Assembly (NCBI GenBank): GCA_959608625.1
Contig: CAUHQV010000002.1
Location: forward strand, 18,746 to 82,745
DNA from: an uncultured Flavobacteriales bacterium
GTDB lineage: Bacteria > Bacteroidota > Bacteroidia > Flavobacteriales > UBA1820
Length of the DNA: 64,000 bases
Reading direction: 5' to 3'
Shown here: positions 30,607-41,278 of the stretch, one piece after another
How the letters are laid out: the number at the start of each line of letters is the position of its first letter
Numbering within the stretch: position 1 is the stretch's first letter
Program-made: the position numbers and the translations under genes
Notes under the pieces: model-generated
Told to the model about the DNA's origin: nothing
Seen by the model: the letters and a program-made list of their open reading frames with translations, nothing else
Databases searched by the model: none

Positions 30607-32790
30607 TTAATTGGCTACGTCGCTGATGAACTTGATGCGCATCAGGCGGAGTTCTTCTTCCTCGTAATCCCCCCCGAAGGCGGCCATCGCGTCTTTGATC
30701 GCATCTTTTTCCGCGGTCATGAAATAATCCTCGATCTCTTCCTGTTGTTCGGGGTCGAGCATTTCGTCGATCTGGTAATCGATGTTGACCTTGGTGCCGG
30801 AATAGACGATGGCTTCGATCTCCGAAATGAGGTCTGCCATTTCGAGCCCTTTTGCTTTTGCGATGTCTTCCAGGGGAATTTTGCGGTCCGTACTTTGGAT
30901 GACGTAGACTTTCAGGCCCGATTTGTTCACTACCGAGCGTACGACCAGGTCGTCCGGCCGGACGATGTCGTTTTCCTCCACATATTTGGCGATGAATTCG
31001 GCGAATTTTTTCCCGTATTTGCGCGCCTTGCCTTCGCCCACTCCGAAAATCGTCTTCATCTCTTCGATAGAGACCGGGTAGTGCAGGGCCATATCCTCCA
31101 GCGAGGCATCCTGGAACATGGCAAACGGCGGAATGCCAAGCCTTTTGGCTTCGCTTTTGCGCAGGTCGCGCAGAGAAGACAATAGCACTTCGTCCGTTAC
31201 GCCGCTTTTGCGATTCTGTACGGAAGCCTGCTGCTCGAGTATGTCGTAATTATGGTCTTCGGTCATCTCGAACTTTTCGTCCGAGGCGAGGAATTCTTCG
31301 CTCCGGGGAGTGAGCTTTATTACCCCGTACTGTTCGATCTCCTTGCGGATATAGCCGTTCACCAGGGCTTGGCGGATAAGGGCCATCCAGAATTTGTCGT
31401 CTTTATCCTTGCCGGCGCCGAAGAAAGGCTTTTTATCGACTTTCAGTCCTTTGACGGCGGAACTTACCCGGCCGACCAGAATGTTGGTAATCTCTTTCGC
31501 CCGGAATGTCTGGGAAGTGTCCCTGACTACCTGTATGAGCGTTTTCAGTTCTTTGGTAGCGTCTATCCGGGGCTTCGGGTTGCGGCTGTTGTCGTCCATT
31601 CCGGCCCCGTCGCCTTTCACTTCGTCGAACTCTTCGCCGAAATAGTGCAATAGGTATTTGCGGCGGGACATCGAAGTTTCGGCATAGGCCACCACGTCCT
31701 GAAGCAAAGCACCTCCGATCTCCTGTTCGGACAAAGGCTTGCCCACCAGGAATTTTTCCATTTTTTCGATGTCCTTGTAGCTGTAGAAAGCCAAACAGTG
31801 CCCTTCGCCGCCGTCACGGCCGGCGCGGCCAGTCTCCTGGTAATAACTTTCCAGGCTTTTGGGGATGTCGTGATGGATCACAAACCGCACGTCGGGCTTG
31901 TCGATGCCCATGCCGAAAGCGATGGTAGCTACGATTACGTCCACGTCCTCCATCAGGAATGCGTCCTGGTTCTTGGCGCGTGTCTTGGCGTCCAGCCCGG
32001 CGTGGTATGGGGCGGAGGAGATGCCGTTTACACGCAATAGTTCGGCGAGCTCCTCCACTTTTTTGCGCGAAAGGCAGTATATGATGCCCGACTGATGGGA
32101 ACGGGTTTTTATGAATTTGATGATCTCCTTCTCTACATCTACTTTGGGGCGTATTTCATAGAAAAGGTTCGGGCGGTTGAAGGACGATTTGTAGACCGTC
32201 GCATCGCTCATACCGAGGTTTTTCTGGATATCCTCCTGCACTTTCGGGGTGGCGGTGGCCGTCAGGGCGATGATGGGCATCGGGGCTATCTTGTCCAGGA
32301 TCGAGCGGATGTTGCGGTATTCCGGGCGGAAATCGTGTCCCCATTCCGAGATACAGTGTGCCTCGTCGATGGCGCAGAAAGAGATGGGAACCGTCTTCAA
32401 AAAATCCGTGTATTCGTCTTTGGTGAGCGATTCCGGGGCTACGTATAGCAGTTTGGTGACCCCGGAACGGATGTCGGTCTTTACCTGTTCCACTTCGCTT
32501 TTGGTCAGTGAGGAGTTCAGTACATGGGCTACGGCGGCATCGGTCGATATTCCGCGCATGGCATCGACCTGGTTTTTCATCAGGGCGATCAGGGGAGATA
32601 TGATGATAGCGGTGCCGTTCATCAGCATTGCCGGCAATTGGTATGTCAGGGATTTGCCGCCTCCGGTAGGCATAATGACAAAGGTATTATTCCCAGCCAT
32701 GAGGCTTTCGATAATTTGTTTTTGCTTACCTTTGAAGGTGTCAAACCCGAAGTATTTTTTTAGTTCCGATTCGAGGCTAAAATTTCTCAC
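30607..32790 (-). CDS. recQ: ATP-dependent DNA helicase RecQ
   Basis: It has MPTGGGKS, DEAHCISEWGHDFRPEY, a Zn/winged-helix region and a C-terminal HRDC. The ORF is open to 32853, but the GTG at 32790 gives a canonical N-terminus and removes the overlap with kpsF. Confidence 0.93.
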   Translation of the reverse strand: MRNFSLESELKKYFGFDTFKGKQKQIIESLMAGNNTFVIMPTGGGKSLTYQLPAMLMNGTAIIISPLIALMKNQVDAMRGISTDAAVAHVLNSSLTKSEVEQVKTDIRSGVTKLLYVAPESLTKDEYTDFLKTVPISFCAIDEAHCISEWGHDFRPEYRNIRSILDKIAPMPIIALTATATPKVQEDIQKNLGMSDATVYKSSFNRPNLFYEIRPKVDVEKEIIKFIKTRSHQSGIIYCLSRKKVEELAELLRVNGISSAPYHAGLDAKTRAKNQDAFLMEDVDVIVATIAFGMGIDKPDVRFVIHHDIPKSLESYYQETGRAGRDGGEGHCLAFYSYKDIEKMEKFLVGKPLSEQEIGGALLQDVVAYAETSMSRRKYLLHYFGEEFDEVKGDGAGMDDNSRNPKPRIDATKELKTLIQVVRDTSQTFRAKEITNILVGRVSSAVKGLKVDKKPFFGAGKDKDDKFWMALIRQALVNGYIRKEIEQYGVIKLTPRSEEFLASDEKFEMTEDHNYDILEQQASVQNRKSGVTDEVLLSSLRDLRKSEAKRLGIPPFAMFQDASLEDMALHYPVSIEEMKTIFGVGEGKARKYGKKFAEFIAKYVEENDIVRPDDLVVRSVVNKSGLKVYVIQSTDRKIPLEDIAKAKGLEMADLISEIEAIVYSGTKVNIDYQIDEMLDPEQQEEIEDYFMTAEKDAIKDAMAAFGGDYEEEELRLMRIKFISDVAN

Positions 32791-32808
32791 GGCTATTGTG
32801 AAAATTGG

Positions 32809-32816
32809 TATTTTTG
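32809..32816 (+). promoter_or_regulatory. -7 box TATTTTTG upstream of kpsF
   Basis: This is a TAnnTTTG match about 37 nt upstream of the ATG at 32853. Confidence 0.35.
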
Positions 32817-32852
32817 TATAGAATAAAGATAAGAAATACCCGTCAAAAAACA

Positions 32853-33848
32853 ATGAAAATGGAAAATAGATGCAAAAAAGAGAAGAATATTTTGCAACTT
32901 GCTAAAGGTGTGATACTTGACGAGTCCAAGGAAGTGGCGGGCCTCGCGGAACGCCTGGACGGGAATTTCGAGAAAGCGGTGGAAACGATCCTGGACTGCC
33001 CGGCGCGGGTGGTGGTGACCGGTATCGGGAAAAGCGCCCTGATCGCCCAGAAAATGGTGGCTACGTTCAATTCTACGGGGACGCCTTCGGTGTTTATGCA
33101 TACGGCCGATGCGATGCACGGCGATTTGGGGGCTGTAATGCCCGACGATGTGATCATTATGATCTCCAAAAGCGGCAATACCCCGGAAATAAAATCGCTC
33201 GTGCCGGTATTGCGCGGACTGGGGAATAAAATCATCGCCATTACGGCCAACCCCGATTCGTATATGGGCCGGGGAGCCGATTGTATACTGAACGCTTACG
33301 TGTCCCGGGAAGTCTGCCCCAACAACCTGGCCCCGACCAGTTCCACTACGGTCCAGATGGTCTTGGGAGATGCGCTGGCCGTAGTACTGGAAGTGCTGCG
33401 TGGATTCCGCACCGAGGATTTCGCCCGGTATCATCCCGGTGGCGCCCTGGGAAAACGCTTGTATATGCGGGTGCGGGACATCATCGCCCAGAACGAGCGC
33501 CCTGCCGTAGCGGCAGATGCCCCTATAAAGAAAGTGATCGGCGAAATATCGTCCAAGTTCCTCGGGGTCACCGCGGTGACCGACGGAAACGGACGTATAC
33601 TGGGTATCGTGACCGACGGGGATATCCGCCGTACCCTTGAACGGTACGACGACGGGAGCCTGTTTTCCCTGACGGCCCGGGATATTATGTCGGCAAACCC
33701 CAAGACCATCGCGGCCGACGTATTGGCTTTCGATGCGTTGGAAGTACTCCAGAAATACGATATCAACAACCTGCTGGTAACCGACGAGCAGGGCCTCTAT
33801 TGCGGGGTCATCCATATCCACGACCTGATACGGGAAGGGATCGTCTGA
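32853..33848 (+). CDS. kpsF: Arabinose-5-phosphate isomerase (KpsF/GutQ family)
   Basis: It has the SIS motif VTGIGKSALIAQK, followed by two CBS repeats. Confidence 0.9.
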   Translation: MKMENRCKKEKNILQLAKGVILDESKEVAGLAERLDGNFEKAVETILDCPARVVVTGIGKSALIAQKMVATFNSTGTPSVFMHTADAMHGDLGAVMPDDVIIMISKSGNTPEIKSLVPVLRGLGNKIIAITANPDSYMGRGADCILNAYVSREVCPNNLAPTSSTTVQMVLGDALAVVLEVLRGFRTEDFARYHPGGALGKRLYMRVRDIIAQNERPAVAADAPIKKVIGEISSKFLGVTAVTDGNGRILGIVTDGDIRRTLERYDDGSLFSLTARDIMSANPKTIAADVLAFDALEVLQKYDINNLLVTDEQGLYCGVIHIHDLIREGIV

Positions 33849-33894
33849 ACGACGAATGGCCACGCGGAACAATTATGAATGTAAAAAACGGTAA

Positions 33895-34731
33895 ATGAGC
33901 GGAAAGGATACATCCGGCGAGACGACTTTTTTGGGGCATCTTTTCGTGCTGCGCAAGCACTTGTTCCGCATAGCCCTGTATGTGTTCGCCGGTGCGGTCG
34001 TGGCGTTTTTCTGCGATCATATCATCTACGACGATGTTATTTTCGGGCCCCGTCACCCGGATTTCCCGACTTACCGGTTTTTCTGCTGGCTTTCGGACGT
34101 GATCAACGGATGGTTCCATACCCCGTTCGATCTATGTATGCATCCGGTGCCGTTCAACGTGCAGAACCGGGAGCTTACCGGCCAGTTCAATTCCCATTTG
34201 TGGGTGTCGTTCGTATCCGGGCTTATCATAGCCACACCCCTGATCGTATGGGAGATATGGCGGTTTGTTTCCCCGGCCCTTACGGACAAGGAACGGAAGA
34301 GTGCCCGTGGAGTAGTGTTCTACGTGTCGTCCCTCTTTTTTCTGGGGATCGCGTTCGGGTATTTCGTGATCCTGCCGATGTCCATCAATTTCTTTACCGG
34401 GTACCGCCTGGGCACGGAGGACGCGATCGTGAACAACATCGAACTGTCGTCCTACATATCGAACGTAGTGAATATCACCCTGGCCACAGGGATCATGTTC
34501 CAGATGCCTATCGCCATCTATGTACTGTCCCGGATGGGACTGGTTACCTCAAAGTTTTTGCTGAAGTATTACCGCCATGCGATCCTGCTGATCCTGATCG
34601 TGGCGGCGGTGCTCACCCCGCCGGATATCGCTTCGCAGATCGTGCTGTCCATTCCTATCATCCTTTTGTACCAGGCCAGCGTGATGATATGCAAGCGCAT
34701 GGAGAAAAAACGCGCCGCACAGGCGGATTGA
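33895..34731 (+). CDS. tatC: Twin-arginine translocase subunit TatC
   Basis: It has six TM helices, the conserved GHLFVLRKHL N-terminus and the VLTPPD motif. Confidence 0.9.
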   Translation: MSGKDTSGETTFLGHLFVLRKHLFRIALYVFAGAVVAFFCDHIIYDDVIFGPRHPDFPTYRFFCWLSDVINGWFHTPFDLCMHPVPFNVQNRELTGQFNSHLWVSFVSGLIIATPLIVWEIWRFVSPALTDKERKSARGVVFYVSSLFFLGIAFGYFVILPMSINFFTGYRLGTEDAIVNNIELSSYISNVVNITLATGIMFQMPIAIYVLSRMGLVTSKFLLKYYRHAILLILIVAAVLTPPDIASQIVLSIPIILLYQASVMICKRMEKKRAAQAD

Positions 34732-34761
34732 CCGAGTGAAAAATAATAAAAAATTGCAGCT

Positions 34762-35589
34762 ATGAAACTCAGAGCCGAACACCTGAAAAAGACCTACCGC
34801 AACCGCTGCGTGGTGAACGACGTATCCCTGGAAGTGAACCAGGGCGAGATCATCGGACTGCTCGGACCCAACGGAGCCGGGAAGACCACGTCTTTCTATA
34901 TGATCGTAGGACTTGTCCAGTCCAACGGGGGAAATGTCTATCTGGACGACACCGAGATTACGCAATTCCCGATGTACAAGCGGGCGCAGTACGGGGTGGG
35001 CTACCTGGCCCAGGAGAATTCCGTGTTCCGCAAACTGACGGTGGAACAGAACATCCTTTCCGTCCTGCAGATGACCAAAAAAACGCCCGAAGAACAGATC
35101 GCGAAAATGAATTCGCTGATCGAGGAATTCGGCCTGGAAAAAGTGCGCAAGAGCAACGGGGATGTGCTCTCCGGCGGGGAACGCCGCCGCACCGAGATAG
35201 CCCGGTGTATCGCGACCGACCCGAAATTCGTGCTGCTGGACGAACCGTTCGCAGGGGTCGATCCTATTGCCGTGGAGGACATCCAGTCTATCGTTTGGCG
35301 ATTGAAAGCCAAGAATATAGGGATCCTGATCACCGACCACAACGTACAGGAGACCCTGGCCATCACCACCCGTACCTACCTGATGTACCAAGGATCTATT
35401 CTTAAATCGGGTACCCCGGAAGAACTGGCCGCCGATGCGATGGTGCGTAAGGTATACCTGGGGCAGAACTTCGAATTGCGCCGCAAGGATTTGAGCAACC
35501 GGAAACTGCATTCCACCGATATCGTGGAGGCCGTGGCCGAAGCGGAGGCCGAAGCTACTGCGGAAAAAGAGGCAGACAGAGAGAACTGA
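34762..35589 (+). CDS. lptB: LPS export ABC transporter ATP-binding protein LptB
   Basis: It has [22 protein letters not shown] and [11 protein letters not shown]. An Ala/Glu-rich tail of about 30 aa follows. Confidence 0.9.
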   Translation: MKLRAEHLKKTYRNRCVVNDVSLEVNQGEIIGLLGPNGAGKTTSFYMIVGLVQSNGGNVYLDDTEITQFPMYKRAQYGVGYLAQENSVFRKLTVEQNILSVLQMTKKTPEEQIAKMNSLIEEFGLEKVRKSNGDVLSGGERRRTEIARCIATDPKFVLLDEPFAGVDPIAVEDIQSIVWRLKAKNIGILITDHNVQETLAITTRTYLMYQGSILKSGTPEELAADAMVRKVYLGQNFELRRKDLSNRKLHSTDIVEAVAEAEAEATAEKEADREN

Positions 35590-35610
35590 AAAACACATAA
35601 ATAAAACAGG

Positions 35611-37104
35611 ATGAGAAAACTCACTATAATTTTTGCTGTTCTTACGGCGTTTTCCATCGGGCTGTGGGCCCAGGCCGACCTGGGCGCGTCCGAAAACCGG
35701 GCAAAAAAAGAACGGGAAATCAAGAAATACATCAAGGAGCTCGAAGAGGATTCGTTGATGAACACCACTTCGTGGAGCGTGGTGATAAAGAACGTGAAGA
35801 CCGGGGAAACGATCGCCGAGCGCAATTCGTCCGCCTCGCTTTCCGGGGCCTCCATCACTAAACTACTCACTACCGGATCGGCCCTCTCTACGCTGGGAGG
35901 AGATTTTCGGTACGAAACGGAGCTGGCCTACAGCGGGGAGATCATCGATTCTACCTTGTACGGTACGCTTTATGTGGTAGGCGGCGGCGATCCTACGCTG
36001 GGGTCGGATTACGACAAGTTCCTGCCGGGGATCGATTCCGTATTCGCCGTGTGGAAAAAAGCGGTCAATAAAGCGGGTATCGCCCGCGTGGAAGGTTTCC
36101 TGGTGGCCGACAGCCGGTATTTCACCCTCGAGCCGATGGTGTCCTCCTGGTCGTGGGACGATGCGGACACCTATTATGGGACGGGCGTATTGGGGCTTTC
36201 GTTCTTTGAAAATAAATGCCGGATCGATTTCGCCCCTTCCGATACGCTCGGCAAACCGGTAAAAGCGGTATCTGTTTTTCCCGAAATACCGGGTGTGGAG
36301 ATCGTCAACCGGACCACTACGGCGGAAGGCCGTGCAAACCAACTGTGGCTGAACGCCTCGCCCCTGCACCCGCTGGAACATTTCGTGACGGGAAGTTTGG
36401 GCCGGCAGCGGGGTAAGGTGACCGAGACCGGGGCCAACCGCGCCGCCGGGCTTTCCCTGCTCCGCGAATTCGAGAAATACCTCTCGGGCGGCCGCGGCGA
36501 TATGAACGTAGAATATGCCGTATGGGATACCTATACCCAGGGGATCGATACGACGGCCAAAAAGAACACGATCTTGAAATACTATTCCCCGGAGCTTCGT
36601 ACGATCGCCTCGGTGACCAATAAATACAGTGACAACATGTATGCCGAAACGATATTCCGCACGATGGGCAAACTGTTGGGCCAGGGCGATTCGCGGTACG
36701 ATTCCCGGCAGGTGGAGCTGGCGATCCTGGATTCCATCGCCCCGGGCAGCCGGACGCTGAACCTCCAGGACGGGAGCGGGTTGTCGCGCATGTCGTTCCT
36801 CAACGGGCGCTATTACGCCGATTTCCTGATGGGAATGTACCGTACGGATGCCTTTGCGGACTTTTTCGAATCGCTGGCCGTCCCGGGCGGAGAAGGAACA
36901 TTCAAAAACACGATCAAGGATTGCCCTACGCGCACCAACCTGCACCTGAAAAGCGGTTCGCTGTCGGGGGTGCGGGGGTTGGCTGGGTACAGCCGGAACG
37001 GCGACGAACTGCTCTGTTTCGTCATTATGGTGAACCGTTACCATTCCGTTACGCCAATATCCGCGCGGTTGAATCCGCTGTTGGAACTGATCAGCGAATA
37101 CTAG
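35611..37104 (+). CDS. dacB: D-alanyl-D-alanine carboxypeptidase/endopeptidase (PBP4, peptidase S13)
   Basis: It has a signal peptide, the SxxK motif GASITKLLT, and LKSGSL (KTG-like) near the C-terminus. Confidence 0.85.
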   Translation: MRKLTIIFAVLTAFSIGLWAQADLGASENRAKKEREIKKYIKELEEDSLMNTTSWSVVIKNVKTGETIAERNSSASLSGASITKLLTTGSALSTLGGDFRYETELAYSGEIIDSTLYGTLYVVGGGDPTLGSDYDKFLPGIDSVFAVWKKAVNKAGIARVEGFLVADSRYFTLEPMVSSWSWDDADTYYGTGVLGLSFFENKCRIDFAPSDTLGKPVKAVSVFPEIPGVEIVNRTTTAEGRANQLWLNASPLHPLEHFVTGSLGRQRGKVTETGANRAAGLSLLREFEKYLSGGRGDMNVEYAVWDTYTQGIDTTAKKNTILKYYSPELRTIASVTNKYSDNMYAETIFRTMGKLLGQGDSRYDSRQVELAILDSIAPGSRTLNLQDGSGLSRMSFLNGRYYADFLMGMYRTDAFADFFESLAVPGGEGTFKNTIKDCPTRTNLHLKSGSLSGVRGLAGYSRNGDELLCFVIMVNRYHSVTPISARLNPLLELISEY

Positions 37105-37136
37105 AACCGATAACTAAAAAAAAGGTGCAAAAAGGT

Positions 37137-37144
37137 TAACTTTG
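37137..37144 (+). promoter_or_regulatory. -7 box TAACTTTG upstream of purL
   Basis: This is an exact TAnnTTTG match about 28 nt upstream of the ATG at 37172. Confidence 0.4.
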
Positions 37145-37171
37145 CGCCGTAATAAATCCGAAAATAGAAAC

Positions 37172-40100
37172 ATGCTGTCTTTCTTCAAATCCCCCGCCGA
37201 CGTGATTTACGTGGTGGATACCGATCAGTACCTGTCCAATGAGTCTGTGGAACGCCTTACGTGGCTTTTCGGCGGTGCGCGCCAGATACTGGAGCCTATT
37301 TACCCGGGCCGTTATGTCGGCCCCCGCAAGGAGATGCTCACCCCGTGGAGTACCAATGCGGTGGAGATTTGCCAGAACATGGGCGTGTCCGGGATCAAAC
37401 GCATAGAACAGTTCGTGGAAGAAGACCGGGTGGAAGTGTTCGACCCGATGCTATACCAGAAATACGACGGGCTCGACCAGTTCCTTTTCACTACCTCGCG
37501 CAAGGCGGAGGATATCGTCGAGATCACGGATATCCGTGCGTATAACGAGCAGGAGGGCCTCGCCCTTTCCGGGGAGGAGATCGCCTATCTCGAAGGCCTG
37601 TCCAAAAAACTGGGCCGTCCGCTCACCGACAGCGAAGTATTCGGGTTTTCCCAGGTCAACTCCGAGCATTGCCGCCACAAGATATTCAACGGCCAGTTCA
37701 TCGTCGACGGGCAGGTGAAGGAACTTTCCCTGTTCAAACTCATCAAGCGCACGACCGAAAAACAGCACGACTATATCGTCTCGGCCTACAAGGACAATGT
37801 CGCGTTCCTCACCGGCCCGAAAATCGAACAGTTTGCCCCCGCACGCGGGGACGAGCCCTCGGAATATGAGGTAAAAGACATCGAATCCGTCATTTCCGTC
37901 AAGGCAGAAACCCATAATTTTCCGACTACCGTCGAACCGTTCAACGGAGCGGCCACCGGCAGCGGCGGCGAAATACGCGACCGTCTGGCCGGCGGAAAAG
38001 GCTCCCTGCCATTGGGTGGAACGGCGGTCTATATGACTTCCTATCCCCGCAGCGAAAAGGGGCGGCCATGGGAAGAAGAGATAAACGAACGTCCCTGGCT
38101 GTACCAGACGCCGATGGACGTATTGATAAAAGCTTCCAACGGCGCTTCGGATTTCGGCAATAAGTTCGGCCAGCCGCTTATCTGCGGCTCGGTACTCACG
38201 TTCGAACACGAAGAAAGCGGCCGTACACTGGGTTATGACAAGGTCATCATGCTGGCGGGCGGGGTAGGTTTTGCCAAAAAAGAGGACGCCCTGAAGTCCG
38301 ACCCGCAGAAAGGCGACAAGATCGTCGTGCTGGGAGGGGATAATTACCGTATCGGGATGGGCGGCGGCGCCGTATCGTCCGTAGATACCGGACAATATGC
38401 TTCGGCGGTGGAACTCAACGCCGTGCAGCGCTCCAACCCCGAGATGCAAAAACGTGTGTCCAACACGATCCGGGCACTCGTGGAATCGACAGATAACCCG
38501 GTCGTTTCCATCCACGACCACGGAGCCGGAGGACACCTGAACTGCCTTTCGGAATTGGTAGAGGCTACCGGAGGCACGATAGAACTGGATAAACTGCCGG
38601 TGGGCGACCCGACCCTTTCCGCCAAAGAGATCGTCGGCAACGAGAGCCAGGAGCGTATGGGACTGGTGGTGAAAGAGAAAGACGTAGCCTTGCTTCAAAA
38701 AATAGCCGACCGCGAACGGAGCCCGATGTATGTAGTGGGCGAAGCGACCGGCGATATGCAGTTCCGTTTCGAGAGCGAAAAGACAGGCAAAGCACCGATA
38801 GACCTCCAACTTTCCGATATGTTCGGTTCCGCCCCGAAAACGGTGATGGAAGACCGGACAGTGGAGCGCGTTTATGAAGACGTACAATACGACAAGGCCA
38901 AGATCGGCCAGTATATAGAAAATGTCCTGCAACTCGAATCCGTAGCCTGCAAGGACTACCTGACCAATAAAGTAGACCGCTGCGTAACGGGTCGCGTAGC
39001 CCGCCAGCAGACCACAGGGGCTTTGCAACTGCCGCTGGCCGACCTGGGTGCGATGGCGCTCGACTACCAGGGGAAAGAAGGTATCGCTACTTCGATCGGC
39101 CATGCGCCGGTAGAGGCCCTGATCGATCCCCGCGCCGGTTCCCGCCTGTCGGTAGCCGAGGCGCTGACCAATATCGTATTCGCGCCGCTCACCCACGGAC
39201 TTGGGGGTATTTCGCTGAGTGCCAACTGGATGTGGCCCTGCCGCAACGAAGGGGAGGATGCCGCGCTGTATGCCGCCGTAGAGTCCCTGTCGGATTTTGC
39301 CGTGGCCTTGGGCGTGAACGTGCCTACCGGTAAGGATTCGCTTTCCATGACCCAGAAATACAAGGACGGCACCCGCGTGCTGTCCCCCGGTACGGTTATC
39401 GTTTCCGCCGCCGGCGAAGTGTCCGACGTGCGGGGCATATTGACGCCTTACCTGCGCCGGAAAGGAGACCACGATATCGTATATGTCGATTTTTCCCACT
39501 CGCCGCGCGAACTCGGGGGGTCGGCCTTTGCCCAGACGTTGGGCCGTGTAGGCCGCCGGGCGCCGGATGTAAAGGATACCGAGTATTTCAAAAAGGCATT
39601 CGCTGCCGTACAAGCCGTTATCGGCCGAGGATTGGCGGTGTCGGGACACGATATTTCCGCCGGGGGTATCTTGACCACGCTTTTGGAGATGTGTTTTGCC
39701 CAGGTGAACCTGGGGGCGGAAATAGACCTTTCTGCCCTGGGGGAAGAGGACTGCGTAAAACTTCTCTTCGCCCAGAATCCGGGAGTACTGCTCCAGGTAC
39801 GCGATACGGAAGCTGTCCGCAAGATATTCGGCGAATACGGAGTGGAAGTACACGTGATCGGCCGCGCCAAAGCAGGAAAAGAGCTAAAGGTGAAGAACGG
39901 CGGAGAAACGCTGTCGTTCAATGTGCCGCAGCTGCGCGATACATGGTATAAATCTTCCTACCTGCTCGACCGCCGCCAAAGCGGAGCGCAGAAGGCCAGG
40001 GAGCGTTACGATAATTACAAGCAACAGCCGCTGAGCTATGTGTTCCCGGAAGGGTTCACGGGGCAGGCGGCCGATATGGGGTTGGACAATGCCCGCCGGA

Positions 40101-40864
40101 AACCGACTGGCATCAAAGCGGCCATCATCCGCGAACAGGGTTCCAATTCGGAGCGGGAAATGGCGCATGCCCTGTATCTGGCCGGGTTCGATGTGAAAGA
40201 CGTCCATATGACCGACCTGATCGAAGGACGGGAAGACCTTTCGGACGTGAATCTCATTGCAGCGGTCGGCGGATTCTCCAATTCCGACGTGTTGGGTTCC
40301 GCCAAAGGCTGGGCCGGTTCGTTCAAATACAATGAAAAGGCCCGCAAAGCCCTGGAAAACTTCTTCGCCCGGGAAGATACGCTGTCCCTGGGTATCTGCA
40401 ACGGCTGCCAGCTTTTCGTCGAACTGGGGCTCATCAATCCGGAACACACTGAAAAGCCTTCGATGCTGCACAACGATTCGCACAAACACGAATGCGCGTT
40501 CGTCAATGTGGATATTCCGGAAAACAATACCGTGATGTTCTCCTCGCTTTCCGGCTCGCGCCTGGGCGTGTGGGTTTCGCACGGGGAAGGAAAATTCAAT
40601 CTCCCCCTTCCGGAGGATTCGTATAATATTGCGGCGCGTTACTCGTATAGCGGTTATCCCGGCAATCCGAACGGTTCCGATTACGATGTGGCCGCAATGG
40701 CCTCGGCCGATGGCCGCCATCTGGTAATGATGCCTCACATGGAGCGGAGCCTTCATCCCTGGACGTGGGGTTATTACAATACGCACCGCGGGGGGGACGA
40801 GGTATCGCCTTGGCTGGAAGCATTTGTCAATGCCCGTAAATGGGTGGAAAACAATAAAAAATAA
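37172..40864 (+). CDS. purL: Phosphoribosylformylglycinamidine synthase (single-chain PurL)
   Basis: The roughly 1230-aa large-type FGAM synthase has ETHNFPT and a C-terminal glutaminase with GICNGCQ. I prefer the ATG at 37172 over the TTG at 37142. Confidence 0.97.
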   Translation: MLSFFKSPADVIYVVDTDQYLSNESVERLTWLFGGARQILEPIYPGRYVGPRKEMLTPWSTNAVEICQNMGVSGIKRIEQFVEEDRVEVFDPMLYQKYDGLDQFLFTTSRKAEDIVEITDIRAYNEQEGLALSGEEIAYLEGLSKKLGRPLTDSEVFGFSQVNSEHCRHKIFNGQFIVDGQVKELSLFKLIKRTTEKQHDYIVSAYKDNVAFLTGPKIEQFAPARGDEPSEYEVKDIESVISVKAETHNFPTTVEPFNGAATGSGGEIRDRLAGGKGSLPLGGTAVYMTSYPRSEKGRPWEEEINERPWLYQTPMDVLIKASNGASDFGNKFGQPLICGSVLTFEHEESGRTLGYDKVIMLAGGVGFAKKEDALKSDPQKGDKIVVLGGDNYRIGMGGGAVSSVDTGQYASAVELNAVQRSNPEMQKRVSNTIRALVESTDNPVVSIHDHGAGGHLNCLSELVEATGGTIELDKLPVGDPTLSAKEIVGNESQERMGLVVKEKDVALLQKIADRERSPMYVVGEATGDMQFRFESEKTGKAPIDLQLSDMFGSAPKTVMEDRTVERVYEDVQYDKAKIGQYIENVLQLESVACKDYLTNKVDRCVTGRVARQQTTGALQLPLADLGAMALDYQGKEGIATSIGHAPVEALIDPRAGSRLSVAEALTNIVFAPLTHGLGGISLSANWMWPCRNEGEDAALYAAVESLSDFAVALGVNVPTGKDSLSMTQKYKDGTRVLSPGTVIVSAAGEVSDVRGILTPYLRRKGDHDIVYVDFSHSPRELGGSAFAQTLGRVGRRAPDVKDTEYFKKAFAAVQAVIGRGLAVSGHDISAGGILTTLLEMCFAQVNLGAEIDLSALGEEDCVKLLFAQNPGVLLQVRDTEAVRKIFGEYGVEVHVIGRAKAGKELKVKNGGETLSFNVPQLRDTWYKSSYLLDRRQSGAQKARERYDNYKQQPLSYVFPEGFTGQAADMGLDNARRKPTGIKAAIIREQGSNSEREMAHALYLAGFDVKDVHMTDLIEGREDLSDVNLIAAVGGFSNSDVLGSAKGWAGSFKYNEKARKALENFFAREDTLSLGICNGCQLFVELGLINPEHTEKPSMLHNDSHKHECAFVNVDIPENNTVMFSSLSGSRLGVWVSHGEGKFNLPLPEDSYNIAARYSYSGYPGNPNGSDYDVAAMASADGRHLVMMPHMERSLHPWTWGYYNTHRGGDEVSPWLEAFVNARKWVENNKK

Positions 40865-40876
40865 CCAGTAATATTT

Positions 40877-41266
40877 ATGGTACGCCCGAATAAAAAATTC
40901 TTTATGGCTACGGTGGCCGCCGTTGTGTTGGTCATTCTGGTATTGGTCGTCTGTGTGTATTCCGGGGTTTTCTCGTCCGGCGATCCGCTGGACCGGAAAC
41001 TCAATATGAAAACTTATGAACAGGATCTGGAACAGGTACTCCAGGGATTGGCTCCGGAAGACCGTACGGCGCTGCTCAGCGGTTTGATGCTGAGCTATTA
41101 TAAGAAGGAAAATGTGGCTGAGCGCACTTACCGTGATTTTCTGGAATCGGGCCAAAAAATGCAGGGAGATTATATGGAAATGGTAGACCGGGATATGAAA
41201 GATTTTCTCCGCCGGGACAGCCTGCAAAAAGATTCCCTGCGCCGGGATAGCCTGAATAGACAATAA
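40877..41266 (+). CDS. Hypothetical membrane-anchored protein
   Basis: The 129-aa product has one N-terminal TM helix and a C-terminal RRDSLQKDSLRRDSL mini-repeat. I recognised no family. Confidence 0.5.
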   Translation: MVRPNKKFFMATVAAVVLVILVLVVCVYSGVFSSGDPLDRKLNMKTYEQDLEQVLQGLAPEDRTALLSGLMLSYYKKENVAERTYRDFLESGQKMQGDYMEMVDRDMKDFLRRDSLQKDSLRRDSLNRQ

Positions 41267-41278
41267 ACGGTTAGAAGA

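Noticed and set aside
32790-32853. The recQ ORF and the kpsF ORF appear to overlap head-to-head by about 50 nt.
   Set aside because: The overlap is resolved by start choice. The GTG at 32790 gives a canonical RecQ N-terminus and the ATG at 32853 a canonical KpsF N-terminus. This leaves a normal divergent promoter region containing a TATTTTTG box.
33849-33894. No tatA gene lies next to tatC.
   Set aside because: tatA is small and often unlinked from tatC. Its absence from this window says nothing about the Tat system. A Tat substrate, the DUF4434 protein, is present.
35497-35589. LptB carries an Ala/Glu-rich C-terminal tail ([20 protein letters not shown]).
   Set aside because: This is a low-complexity extension of a well-supported gene. 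It is probably lineage-specific and there is no evidence of a separate feature.
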